Of a DNA stretch of 64,000 nt, positions 38,146-47,013 are shown piece after piece; the stretch's first letter is position 1, and each line of letters starts with the position of its first letter. Source of the stretch: an uncultured Bacillota bacterium (GTDB lineage Bacteria; Bacillota_I; Bacilli_A; RFN20; CAG-826); contig CASFDV010000002.1 of assembly GCA_949293555.1 (NCBI GenBank), positions 106,210 to 170,209 of the forward strand, given 5' to 3'. The notes beneath the pieces were generated by a model. The model ran no database searches. It saw only the letters and a program-made list of their open reading frames with translations, and was not told where the DNA came from. Made by a program: the position numbers and the translations under genes.

Positions 38146-38559
38146 ATGGAGTACCGCATCCAGCTCAGCCCCAAGGAAATCCTCCGGAAGAAGTTCACGA
38201 AGGACGTGAAGGGCTATCGCGCGGGCGAAGTGGACGCCTTCCTTGACGTCGTGATGGCCGACTACGAGGCCTTCGCCGGCTACCGGAAGGCGATGGAGGA
38301 GCACCTGGCCGAGCTCGAGGCCCGGCTCGCGGAGCTTTCCAAGGGAGACGAGGCGTCCGACGCGGAACGGAGGGAACTCCGCAAGAGCCTCAAGGAGCTG
38401 GAAATCGAGAACGCGGGGCTCAAGGCGCGGCTGGAGAACATCAAGCCGAGTGACTCGCCCAGCGAGGAAAACCTCCAGTACATCCAGCGGATCAACGCCC
38501 TCGAGAACGCCTTGTACTCGATCGGCATCGACCCGAACAAGGTCATCAACGGCCAATAG
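38146..38559 (+). CDS. gpsB: DivIVA-domain protein GpsB
   Basis: LSPKEILRKKF..KGY...EVDAFLD; C-terminal QRINALE; directly upstream of rnpB. Confidence 0.88.
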   Translation: MEYRIQLSPKEILRKKFTKDVKGYRAGEVDAFLDVVMADYEAFAGYRKAMEEHLAELEARLAELSKGDEASDAERRELRKSLKELEIENAGLKARLENIKPSDSPSEENLQYIQRINALENALYSIGIDPNKVINGQ

Positions 38560-38564
38560 AGCCA

Positions 38565-38898
38565 TCCGGTCCAGGTGGCTGCTTCCGGCTTGCCGGGAGA
38601 GGAAAGTCCATGCTCGCGCGGGCTGCGACGCCCGCAGTGACTGCGCCAGGGGAAGCGATAACCCTGGGTGCGCGGGAGCGCGCAACGGCGGAGGAACTTC
38701 TCACCGAGAAGGGAATCCCCAAGGTGCCACAGAGACGAGCCCGGTCGCGAGGCCGGGGTGAAACGAGGTAAACCCCGCAGGCGAGAAACCCAAATTTGGT
38801 AGGGGAAGGGGCCAAGGCGAACTGAAGCCGAGGCCTCCCGTCCTCCGGGACGGAGATTAATTGCCATCCTTCGACAGAACATGGCTTATCGGACCGGA
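38565..38898 (+). ncRNA. rnpB: RNase P RNA, bacterial type B
   Basis: P1 TCCGGTCC/GGACCGGA, GAGGAAAGTCCATGC, GTGCCACAG, GGTAAACCCC, ACAGAACATGGCTTA. Confidence 0.95.
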
Positions 38899-38924
38899 CA
38901 CTCGCGAAGGAAAGGAGGAGCAGG

Positions 38925-39557
38925 ATGAACTTGCCTACGAAGATCACCGTCTCGAGGCTCGCCCTCGTGCTTCTCCTGATCCTCGGCCTTTTCATCGCCT
39001 CCCTTTTCCCGGAGGCGATGTCCTATACGCTCGGCGATAGCGGGATCCTCCTGACGAACCTCGTCGCCGGGACCCTCTTCCTCGTTGCCTCCCTCACCGA
39101 CTTCCTCGACGGGTACCTGGCGCGGAAACGGAACGAGGTCACCGACCTCGGGAAGTTCCTCGACCCCATCGCCGACAAGGTGCTGGTGGATTCGGCCCTC
39201 ATCTATCTCGCGATCCCGAACCCGCTGCAGCCGGACGCCCTCCGCATCCATTTCCTCTGCCTCATCCTCATGATCGGACGGGATCTTGTCGTCGACGCCC
39301 TCCGGCAGGTTGCCGCCGCGAAAGGGGTCGTCCTCGCCGCCAACTGGATGGGGAAGGCGAAGACCGTCCTGCAGATGGCGGCGATCACGCTGCTCTTCCT
39401 GAACGGCTGGCCCTTCTCCTATTTCGACGGCGCCTGGCCGATGTGGCTCCGCGTCACGGATTTCCTCGTCTATATCGCCACTGCGGTCTCCGTCATTTCC
39501 GGAGCCGCCTACTTATGGCAGAACCGCAAGGCGCTAGGCGCCGGGAAGGAGGGCTAG
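38925..39557 (+). CDS. pgsA: CDP-diacylglycerol--glycerol-3-phosphate 3-phosphatidyltransferase
   Basis: TDFLDGYLAR..VTDLGKFLDPIADK. Confidence 0.95.
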   Translation: MNLPTKITVSRLALVLLLILGLFIASLFPEAMSYTLGDSGILLTNLVAGTLFLVASLTDFLDGYLARKRNEVTDLGKFLDPIADKVLVDSALIYLAIPNPLQPDALRIHFLCLILMIGRDLVVDALRQVAAAKGVVLAANWMGKAKTVLQMAAITLLFLNGWPFSYFDGAWPMWLRVTDFLVYIATAVSVISGAAYLWQNRKALGAGKEG

Positions 39558-39558
39558 G

Positions 39559-40035
39559 ATGGTCAGCAGGGAAAAGTGCAGGAGGGTTCTCTCCCTTCTC
39601 CGCGAGAAGGGCATGACCCTCGGGTCGGCCGAATCGATCACGGGCGGCCTCTTCAGCGCCTCGCTGGTCTCGATCCCCGGTGCGAGCGACGTCTTCAAGG
39701 GCGCTCTGGTCACATACGACGCCTCCCTCAAGGAAAGCCTCGCCCATGTGCCCCACCGCCTGATCGTGAAGCACGGGGTCGTCTCGCAGGAAGTGGCCAA
39801 CGCGATGGCCATAGGCGCAAGGAAGGCGCTTGGGGTTGACGTCTGCTGCTCATTCACCGGGAACGCCGGGCCGACCAAGGAGCACGGGCGCGCTCCCGTC
39901 GGGCGGGTCAACATGACCATTTCCACGAGAAAGGGCCTCGTCGAGCTTGCCGCCGACTTCAGCGGCCTTAGGAACGACATCCAGGAGAAGGCCGTCGAGA
40001 TGATGCTCGACTACCTGACGGCAATTTTCGCCTGA
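39559..40035 (+). CDS. cinA: CinA C-terminal domain / NMN deamidase (PncC-like)
   Basis: AESITGG, GVVS, TGNAGP; between pgsA and recA. Confidence 0.88.
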   Translation: MVSREKCRRVLSLLREKGMTLGSAESITGGLFSASLVSIPGASDVFKGALVTYDASLKESLAHVPHRLIVKHGVVSQEVANAMAIGARKALGVDVCCSFTGNAGPTKEHGRAPVGRVNMTISTRKGLVELAADFSGLRNDIQEKAVEMMLDYLTAIFA

Positions 40036-40086
40036 GGGGCAAAAACACGGACGACCATCCTATAAGAGGGATGGAGGAACAAGAAC

Positions 40087-41124
40087 ATGGCAGCAAAGGA
40101 TAATACGGCGAAAGGAAAGGACGAGGCCCTTCAGGACGCGCTGAAGGCGATCGAGAGGGCCTATGGGAAAGGTTCCGTCATGAGGATGGGGGAACAGCCC
40201 AAGGTCGACGTCGACGTCATCCCGACGGGCTCGCTCCTGCTTGACGCCACCCTCGGCGTGGGCGGCTACCCCAGGGGAAGGATCGTCGAGATCTACGGCC
40301 CAGAGAGCTCGGGGAAGAGCACCCTCGCCCTTCACGCGGTCGCCGAGTGCCAGAAGAAGGGCGGGCGCTGCGCCTATATCGACGCGGAGCACGCGATCGA
40401 CCCGGACTACGCGGACAGGCTCGGCGTCGATATTGACGAGCTCATTCTCTCGCAGCCGGATTCCGGGGAACAGGCGCTGGAAATCGTTCAGATGCTCGCC
40501 GAAAGCGGCGCGATCGACCTGATCGTCGTCGATAGCGTCGCCGCTCTCGTTCCCCAGGCGGAGCTCGACGGGCTCATGAGCGAGAACCAGGTCGGGCTTC
40601 AGGCCCGCCTCATGAGCAAGGCGATGCGCAAGCTCGCCGGCATCCTCGCCCGGACCAACTGCCTGGTCATCTTCATCAACCAGATCCGGATGAAGGTCGG
40701 GGTCATGTACGGCAATCCGGAAACGACGACGGGCGGGAACGCCCTCAAGTTCTACGCCTCGATCCGCATGGACCTCAGACGTTCGGAAGCCATCAAGAAC
40801 GGATCCGAGATGATCGGGAACTCGGTGAAGGTGAAGGTGGTCAAGAACAAGGTGGCTCCCCCCTTCCGGAGCTGCGTCATCGACATCATGTACGGCAAGG
40901 GCGTCAGCAAGGAAGGGGAGATCATCGACCTGGGCGTCCAGTACGAGCTGATCCAGAAGACGGGGAACTGGTACGAGTACCAAGGCGAAAAGATGGGCAA
41001 CGGCAGGGAGGCCGCCAAGGCGTTCCTGAAGGATCATCCGGACGTTGGCTTCCAGCTCGAGGAGAAGATCCGCGCCTTCCTCCAGGGGAAAGGCGGTCCA
41101 GGCGAGGTATCTCCCGAAGAATGA
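40087..41124 (+). CDS. recA: Recombinase A
   Basis: [36 protein letters not shown]. Confidence 0.99.
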   Translation: MAAKDNTAKGKDEALQDALKAIERAYGKGSVMRMGEQPKVDVDVIPTGSLLLDATLGVGGYPRGRIVEIYGPESSGKSTLALHAVAECQKKGGRCAYIDAEHAIDPDYADRLGVDIDELILSQPDSGEQALEIVQMLAESGAIDLIVVDSVAALVPQAELDGLMSENQVGLQARLMSKAMRKLAGILARTNCLVIFINQIRMKVGVMYGNPETTTGGNALKFYASIRMDLRRSEAIKNGSEMIGNSVKVKVVKNKVAPPFRSCVIDIMYGKGVSKEGEIIDLGVQYELIQKTGNWYEYQGEKMGNGREAAKAFLKDHPDVGFQLEEKIRAFLQGKGGPGEVSPEE

Positions 41125-41127
41125 TGC

Positions 41128-41151
41128 AAGAGGGCCTTCGGGCTCTCTTTT
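41128..41151 (+). terminator. recA terminator
   Basis: AAGAGGGCC-TTCG-GGCTCTCTTTT. Confidence 0.8.
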
Positions 41152-41385
41152 CAAAAATCCCTGCAGAACCTTCTTGGCTTTATGGTTTTCGTGGTGTGGC
41201 CTATCTTCACCAAGAAAAAGCGCTTTCATCAGGGAGTGGTCAAAGCCTTCTTCCGTGGTTATAGTCTTGAAGTGCCTTAAGGCACTCTCGCGGAACAAGG
41301 CCCCTCGAGGGCGACCGGATAGAACATATGCGATCCCTCCCTTTCAGGCGGGGTGCTGATGTCCGCGCATTTTGGAGGACACATC

Positions 41386-42948
41386 ATGGAACCATGGATT
41401 GCCGTCGTCATCGCGGTGGCGACTTTCGTCTTGGGCGGAGGCGCCGCCGTCGGGATCTTCCTTGCCATCCCCGCTTTCCGCAAGAAAGCCGCGGGCAAGG
41501 AGGCCGACAAGATCATCAAGGACGCCGAGAGGCAGGGGCAGGGCATCATCGCCAAGTCCCGGCTCGACGCGAAGGAAATCACCCTCGAGGCGAAGCGTTC
41601 CGCCGACAAGCTCATCGCCGACGCCCGCGTGAAGGCGAGCGAAGTGAAGGGCGAGGCCGTCGCCCGCGAGCAGGAAATCAAGCGGAGGGAGCAGTCTCTT
41701 GAGGCTCGGGAAAAGTCGCTCGACTCCCGCAAGGAAGCCCTCGAGGCCCGGATCGAAGCCTACGACAGGAAGACCCAGGAGCTCGAAGAGAAGATCTCCG
41801 GGATCATCGAGGAGCTCGAGAAGGTGGCCGGGCTTTCCGTCAAGGAGGCCCGCGAGGAAATCATGAAGCGGGTCGAGGAGAAGATGGCCGCCGAGATCGC
41901 CGCCTACATCAAGAACCGCGAGGATGAGGCGGAGGAAGAGGCCGAGGGCAAGGCGAAGCAGCTCCTTGCGGAGGCGACGGAACGCTACGCCCAGGAATTC
42001 ACGGTCGAAAGGACGACCGCCGCGATTCCCCTTCCTTCCGACGACCTCAAGGGCCGGATCATCGGTCGCGAGGGACGTAACATCAAGGTCATCGAAAGCA
42101 CGCTCGGGGTGGATCTCGAGGTGGACGACACCCCTGAGACTATCTCCATTTCCTGCTTCAACCCGATCAGGAGGGAAATCGCCAGGCGCACCCTCCTTGC
42201 CCTGGTGAAAGACGGGCGCATCCAGCCCTCCCGCATCGAGGAGCTTGCCGCCAAGTACGAGAAGGAAGTGAACGAGGAGACCTTCAAGGCTGGGGAGGAG
42301 GCGGTGCGCCGCCTTGGGCTCCCGCGCCTTCCCAGGGACATCCTTTCCTATCTCGGAAAGCTCAAGTACCGCACCTCCTACGGGCAGAACGTCCTCGAGC
42401 ACTCGGTCGAGGTCGCTCGCCTCACAGGCGCGATGGCAGCGGAGCTCGGGCTCGACCAAGCCCTCGCCAAGAGGGCGGGCCTCCTCCACGACATCGGCAA
42501 GGCCATCGACACGGAAGTCGAGGGGAGCCACGTCCAGCTCGGCGCCGACCTTGCCAGGCGCTGCAACGAGCCGGAGATCGTCGTCAACGCGATCGAGTCC
42601 CACCACGGGGACGTCGAGAAGCGCTCCATCATCGCCCATCTCGTGGTCGCCGCGGACACGCTGAGCGCCGCCCGCCCAGGCGTCCGGAACGAATCGATCG
42701 ACACCTACGTCCAGCGCGTGGCCCAGCTTGAGGAGGTCGCCCGTTCCTTCGACGGCGTCCAGCAGGCCTATGCCGTGAGCGCCGGGCGCGAGGTCCGGGT
42801 CATGGTCGTTCCCGAGAAGGTGAGCGACAGCCAGGCGACGGTCCTCGCCCAGCAGATCAAGGACAGGATCCAGGCTGAGGTCAAGTACCCCGGCACGGTC
42901 AAGGTCAGCGTCATCCGCGAGTACCGCGCGGTCGAGACCGCGAAGTGA
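41386..42948 (+). CDS. rny: Ribonuclease Y
   Basis: N-terminal TM, coiled coil, KH KGRIIGREGRNI, HD LLHDIGKA. Confidence 0.97.
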   Translation: MEPWIAVVIAVATFVLGGGAAVGIFLAIPAFRKKAAGKEADKIIKDAERQGQGIIAKSRLDAKEITLEAKRSADKLIADARVKASEVKGEAVAREQEIKRREQSLEAREKSLDSRKEALEARIEAYDRKTQELEEKISGIIEELEKVAGLSVKEAREEIMKRVEEKMAAEIAAYIKNREDEAEEEAEGKAKQLLAEATERYAQEFTVERTTAAIPLPSDDLKGRIIGREGRNIKVIESTLGVDLEVDDTPETISISCFNPIRREIARRTLLALVKDGRIQPSRIEELAAKYEKEVNEETFKAGEEAVRRLGLPRLPRDILSYLGKLKYRTSYGQNVLEHSVEVARLTGAMAAELGLDQALAKRAGLLHDIGKAIDTEVEGSHVQLGADLARRCNEPEIVVNAIESHHGDVEKRSIIAHLVVAADTLSAARPGVRNESIDTYVQRVAQLEEVARSFDGVQQAYAVSAGREVRVMVVPEKVSDSQATVLAQQIKDRIQAEVKYPGTVKVSVIREYRAVETAK

Positions 42949-42949
42949 G

Positions 42950-43747
42950 ATGAAGCTCCTGCTCCTTGGCGATGTGGTCGGCGAAGCGGGCCTTCTCGCC
43001 TTGGAGCGCCAGCTTCCCTCCCTCCGCGAGCGCCTTGGCCCCGATCTGGTGGTCGTGAACGGGGAGAACGCCTCCTTTGGGGCGGGACTCTTCGAAAGGG
43101 ACTACCGGAGGATCCTCCGGGCGGGCGCCGACTGCATTACCCTGGGGAACCACTGGAAATCCAAGCCGGATATCTTGGACTGGATGGATGATGCGGAGAG
43201 GCTCGTCCGGCCCCGGAACTTGCTTGGCGAGCTTCCGGGAACCGCCTCGCTTGAGTTCGTCCCTTCTACCGAAGGGGGTCGCTCCATCGTGGTCACGAAC
43301 CTGCTGGGGACGGCCTTCATGCGGGAAGAGGTGATGGATCCCTTCCAATCCTTCCTCGAGGCCGTCGAGGAGTTCCCGGACGCGATCCATGTGGTGGACT
43401 ATCACGCCGAAAGCACGAGCGAGAAAAAACTCTTCGCGTATCAGGCCCTTGGCCGGGCGAACGTTGTCGTCGGGACGCATACGCACGTGAAGACGGACGA
43501 CGCGCAGGTCATCCGGGGGACCATGGCCTTCCTGACGGACCTCGGACTTTGCGGGAACGAGTCCGGGGTAATCGGCTTCGATCCGGAACGGAGCCTTAAG
43601 AAGGTCAGGGAGGGTGAGGCCGCCCCGTTCGTTCCGCTCCTAGGGGAGGAGGCCGTCCTCGAGGGGCTCTATGTCGAGCTTGACGATGTCACGGGAGCGC
43701 CCCTTTATCTTGAAGACGTGAAAGCGAGGTGCCGTATCGATGGCTGA
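42950..43747 (+). CDS. ymdB: YmdB metallophosphoesterase
   Basis: GDVVG, NGENA, TLGNH, DYHAESTSEK, GTHTHV. Confidence 0.92.
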   Translation: MKLLLLGDVVGEAGLLALERQLPSLRERLGPDLVVVNGENASFGAGLFERDYRRILRAGADCITLGNHWKSKPDILDWMDDAERLVRPRNLLGELPGTASLEFVPSTEGGRSIVVTNLLGTAFMREEVMDPFQSFLEAVEEFPDAIHVVDYHAESTSEKKLFAYQALGRANVVVGTHTHVKTDDAQVIRGTMAFLTDLGLCGNESGVIGFDPERSLKKVREGEAAPFVPLLGEEAVLEGLYVELDDVTGAPLYLEDVKARCRIDG

Positions 43748-45485
43748 AAGAGACGAAGACATTCATGCGAGCTTCGCGGAGGGCGCGAAGAGGAAGGCCC
43801 CGGAGAGAGTTCTTCTTTCTCAGGAAGTCGATGAAGGATTGAGGGCAAGGCTGGAGGGCCGTCGTTTCTTCATCCGGACGTTCGGATGCCAGGCGAACAT
43901 TCGGGACGAAGAGGTGATGGCAGGGCTTCTTTCGCGCATAGGAATGAGGCAGGCGGATAGCCCAGGGGATGCCGATCTCGCCGTCATTAACACATGCGCC
44001 GTCCGGGAGAATGCCGTCGACAAGGTTTACGGAGAAATCGGTGAATTCAAGGCGGTTTGGCAAAGAAAACGGGATTTCATTCTTATTCTTTCTGGTTGCG
44101 CCATGGAAGAGGAGGGCCTGGCGGAGAAACTCATGGGGACCTATCCATGGGTGCGTCTTGCGATTGGCACTCACGAAGTTCCCTTTCTTCTCGACCACTT
44201 GAGGGACGCCCTCTCGCTTGGACGGCAGCTCGTCCGCGTGCGTTCCTCCTCGGGAGATGTCGTCGAGGACCTTCCCTCGCTACGAAGCAACGAGTATTCG
44301 GCGTTCGTGAACATCTCCTACGGGTGCGACAAGTTCTGCACCTACTGCATCGTGCCCTACACCAGGGGAAGGGAACGCTCCCGTAGGAAAGGGGATATCC
44401 TCGCGGAGTGCAGGAGGCTGGTCGAGGACGGGTTCCAAGAGATCGTCCTCCTCGGTCAGAACGTCAATTCCTATGGGCTGGACCTAGGGGAGGAAGACGC
44501 CTTCCCGGAGCTTCTTTCCGCCGTGGCCGATCTCGGGATTCCGCGTCTTCGCTTCATCACCTCGTACCCCAGCCAGTTCACGGACCGAATGATTGAGGCG
44601 ATGGCCTCTCATCCGAACATCCTCCCATGGCTTCACTTCCCCGTCCAATCGGGCTCGGACAGGGTGCTCAGGAAGATGGGGAGGCGCTACGGAAGGGACG
44701 AATACCTTGCCCTTGTCCGGCGCCTTTACGAGAAGATCCCTGGCCTCGCCATCACCACCGACATCATCGTCGGCTTCCCCGACGAGACGGAAGAGGACTT
44801 CCAGGAAACTCTTTCCCTTTGCCGGGAGGCACGCTTCTCAAGCGCCTTCACCTTCATCTATTCCCCGCGCCCCGGGACCCCTGCCGCGAAGATGGGGCAG
44901 GTGCCCGACGAGGTCTCGCACGACCGCTTCAACAGGCTCAAGTCCTTGATCGACGAGCTGACCGCCGCCCATTCGGAAGGGATGGTGGGGAAGACCTTCC
45001 CGATACTGGTGGACGGCCCATCCAAAAAGAGGGAGGACATCCTTTCGGGCTACGCGCCGAACGGGAAGCTGGTGAACTTCCCGGGGCCTTCCTATCTCAA
45101 AGGGACCATCGTGCAGGTGAAGATACTGGAAAGCCACGTCTATAGCCTCCTCGGCGAGCTGGCGGAGGACCCTGTCCTCGCCTTGGCCAAGGAGCTTGCG
45201 CGCCTCCTCCGCCTTGACCCTGCCCTAGGGGAGTACCGTCTTCTTCTGGACGCCATCCGGAACGACGGGAGGCTTCAGGAAGCGATGTCCTCTCTTCCAA
45301 GGCTCAAGAAGGATCTCGCGCTTTCCATGGGCGAGGAGTCCAGGCACGCGGAAGCCCTGAAGCGCTATAGGAACGCAAGCGACATCGTGGAGGGCTCGCT
45401 CCTCCTGAAGAACGCGGAAGCCCTTTCCGACCGGGTCGAAACGGAGCTTGCCCTCATCGCGAACGTCCTGGGGGGCGAGGGATGA
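43740..45485 (+). CDS. miaB: tRNA methylthiotransferase MiaB with fused C-terminal YmcA/RicA-like helical domain
   Basis: TFGCQ.N, NTCAVRE, CDKFCTYC radical SAM, TRAM domain, then about 105 extra helical residues. Confidence 0.92.
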   Translation: MAERDEDIHASFAEGAKRKAPERVLLSQEVDEGLRARLEGRRFFIRTFGCQANIRDEEVMAGLLSRIGMRQADSPGDADLAVINTCAVRENAVDKVYGEIGEFKAVWQRKRDFILILSGCAMEEEGLAEKLMGTYPWVRLAIGTHEVPFLLDHLRDALSLGRQLVRVRSSSGDVVEDLPSLRSNEYSAFVNISYGCDKFCTYCIVPYTRGRERSRRKGDILAECRRLVEDGFQEIVLLGQNVNSYGLDLGEEDAFPELLSAVADLGIPRLRFITSYPSQFTDRMIEAMASHPNILPWLHFPVQSGSDRVLRKMGRRYGRDEYLALVRRLYEKIPGLAITTDIIVGFPDETEEDFQETLSLCREARFSSAFTFIYSPRPGTPAAKMGQVPDEVSHDRFNRLKSLIDELTAAHSEGMVGKTFPILVDGPSKKREDILSGYAPNGKLVNFPGPSYLKGTIVQVKILESHVYSLLGELAEDPVLALAKELARLLRLDPALGEYRLLLDAIRNDGRLQEAMSSLPRLKKDLALSMGEESRHAEALKRYRNASDIVEGSLLLKNAEALSDRVETELALIANVLGGEG

Positions 45486-46324
45486 TCGCCGCCTTCCTTG
45501 GTCCTACTGCTTCGGGGAAAAGCGAAGCCGCGGTTTCCTTCGCCTTGGAGAACAACGGGGAAGTGATCAACTGCGACGCCCTCCAGGTGTATCGCGGGAC
45601 GGAACTCCTTACATGCGCCCCGCGGGAGGAGGAAAGGAAAGGCGTTCCTCACCACTTATATTGTTTCCTCGGGGTTGACCAACCTTTCGACGTCAGGACG
45701 TACCAGTCCTTGGCCAGGGAACGGGCGAGCGAGATTTTGTCCCGAGGGAAGACGCCTGTCTTCGTTGGAGGGACCGGCCTTTACCTGAAGGCTGCCCTAT
45801 TTGACTACCGTTTCGAAGAGGAGCCGGAGGTTGACCTTTCTCAGTTTGAGAGGCTTGGGAACGAAGAGCTTCATCGCAAGCTGGAGGAGGTGGATCCTTT
45901 AGAAGCGGCGTCCGTCCATCCGAACAACCGGAGGAGAGTTCTCAGGGCCCTTGCGATTTACCTTGCCAGAGGCAGGCCGAAGAGCAAACAGTACCAAGGC
46001 AAGGACATCCCTATGTTCGAAGGCATTCGGCTTTATGGGCTGGGCTTGGATCGTGTTTGGGTTTATTCCAACATTGATGCCAGAACTAAAAGGATTTTCC
46101 AAGATGATCGGTTGATAACCGAGATCTTCCCATTGCTTCGCTCCCATGGGGACGAGGAGCCCGGGATGAAGGCCATCGGCATTTCGGAGTGCCGTCTTCT
46201 GATGGAGGGCGGGATCGACAAGGAAGAGGCGATCGCGCGCGTCATTCATAAGACCAGGCAGTATGCGAAAAGGCAGCTGACGTTCTTCCGCCGTCAATTC
46301 AAGGAGGTCGCATGGATTCGCTAA
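45482..46324 (+). CDS. miaA: tRNA dimethylallyltransferase
   Basis: GPTASGKS, DALQVY, GGTGLY, TRQYAKRQ.T. Confidence 0.95.
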   Translation: MIAAFLGPTASGKSEAAVSFALENNGEVINCDALQVYRGTELLTCAPREEERKGVPHHLYCFLGVDQPFDVRTYQSLARERASEILSRGKTPVFVGGTGLYLKAALFDYRFEEEPEVDLSQFERLGNEELHRKLEEVDPLEAASVHPNNRRRVLRALAIYLARGRPKSKQYQGKDIPMFEGIRLYGLGLDRVWVYSNIDARTKRIFQDDRLITEIFPLLRSHGDEEPGMKAIGISECRLLMEGGIDKEEAIARVIHKTRQYAKRQLTFFRRQFKEVAWIR

Positions 46325-47010
46325 GAGGCATCGACAATCGGACGGAGGCGCTCCTCGGGAAAGAGGCGCTGGACCTTCTACGGTCCAAAAAAGTCGCCGT
46401 CTTCGGGATCGGAGGAGTCGGCGGCATTCTTTTCGAAGCGCTCGTCCGCACCGGGGTCGGGGAAATCCATGTCTACGACTGCGACACGGTGGAGGAGTCG
46501 AACCTGAACCGCCAGATCCTCTTCCTCGGGAACGACATCGGGCGCAGGAAGGTCGACGTCGCCCTGGAGAGGGCCTCCTTGATCCGAAAGGACGTGCACG
46601 TGGTTCCGCATTTCCTGCGAGTCGGGACTGAGACGGAGGGGAGCGTCTCCGAAGAAGGTTTCGATCTCATTCTTGACGCTATAGACGATGTCGAAGGGAA
46701 GCTTTCGCTCATGGAGGCCGGAGAGAAGACGTCGACCACGGTCATCTCCTGCCTTGGCACCGCCAGAAGGCTCGACCCCCGGCTTCTCCGCCTCGCCCCT
46801 CTTTCCAAGACGGCAGGGGATCCCCTGGCCAAGAAGGTCAGGCACCTTGCCAGGGAGCGCTCCCTCGACCTTTCCCGCGTCCTTTGCGTCTATAGCGAGG
46901 AACCAGCCATGGATACAGGCGCTTCCCTTGGCTCATCTGTCGCCGTTCCTGGTTCGGCCGGGCTTCTCATGGCCTCCGCGGCCTTGAAGGCGCTTTTGGG
47001 TCTATACTGA
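46312..47010 (+). CDS. tcdA: ThiF family protein, probable tRNA t6A dehydratase TcdA
   Basis: GIGGVG, SNLNRQ, DAID, DPLAKKVR, VYSEE. Confidence 0.82.
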   Translation: MDSLRGIDNRTEALLGKEALDLLRSKKVAVFGIGGVGGILFEALVRTGVGEIHVYDCDTVEESNLNRQILFLGNDIGRRKVDVALERASLIRKDVHVVPHFLRVGTETEGSVSEEGFDLILDAIDDVEGKLSLMEAGEKTSTTVISCLGTARRLDPRLLRLAPLSKTAGDPLAKKVRHLARERSLDLSRVLCVYSEEPAMDTGASLGSSVAVPGSAGLLMASAALKALLGLY

Positions 47011-47013
47011 GCC

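Noticed and set aside
40087-41124. Mollicute-type recoding of TGA
   Set aside because: Conserved genes such as recA, rny and sufB end at TGA at the expected length, and Trp is encoded by TGG
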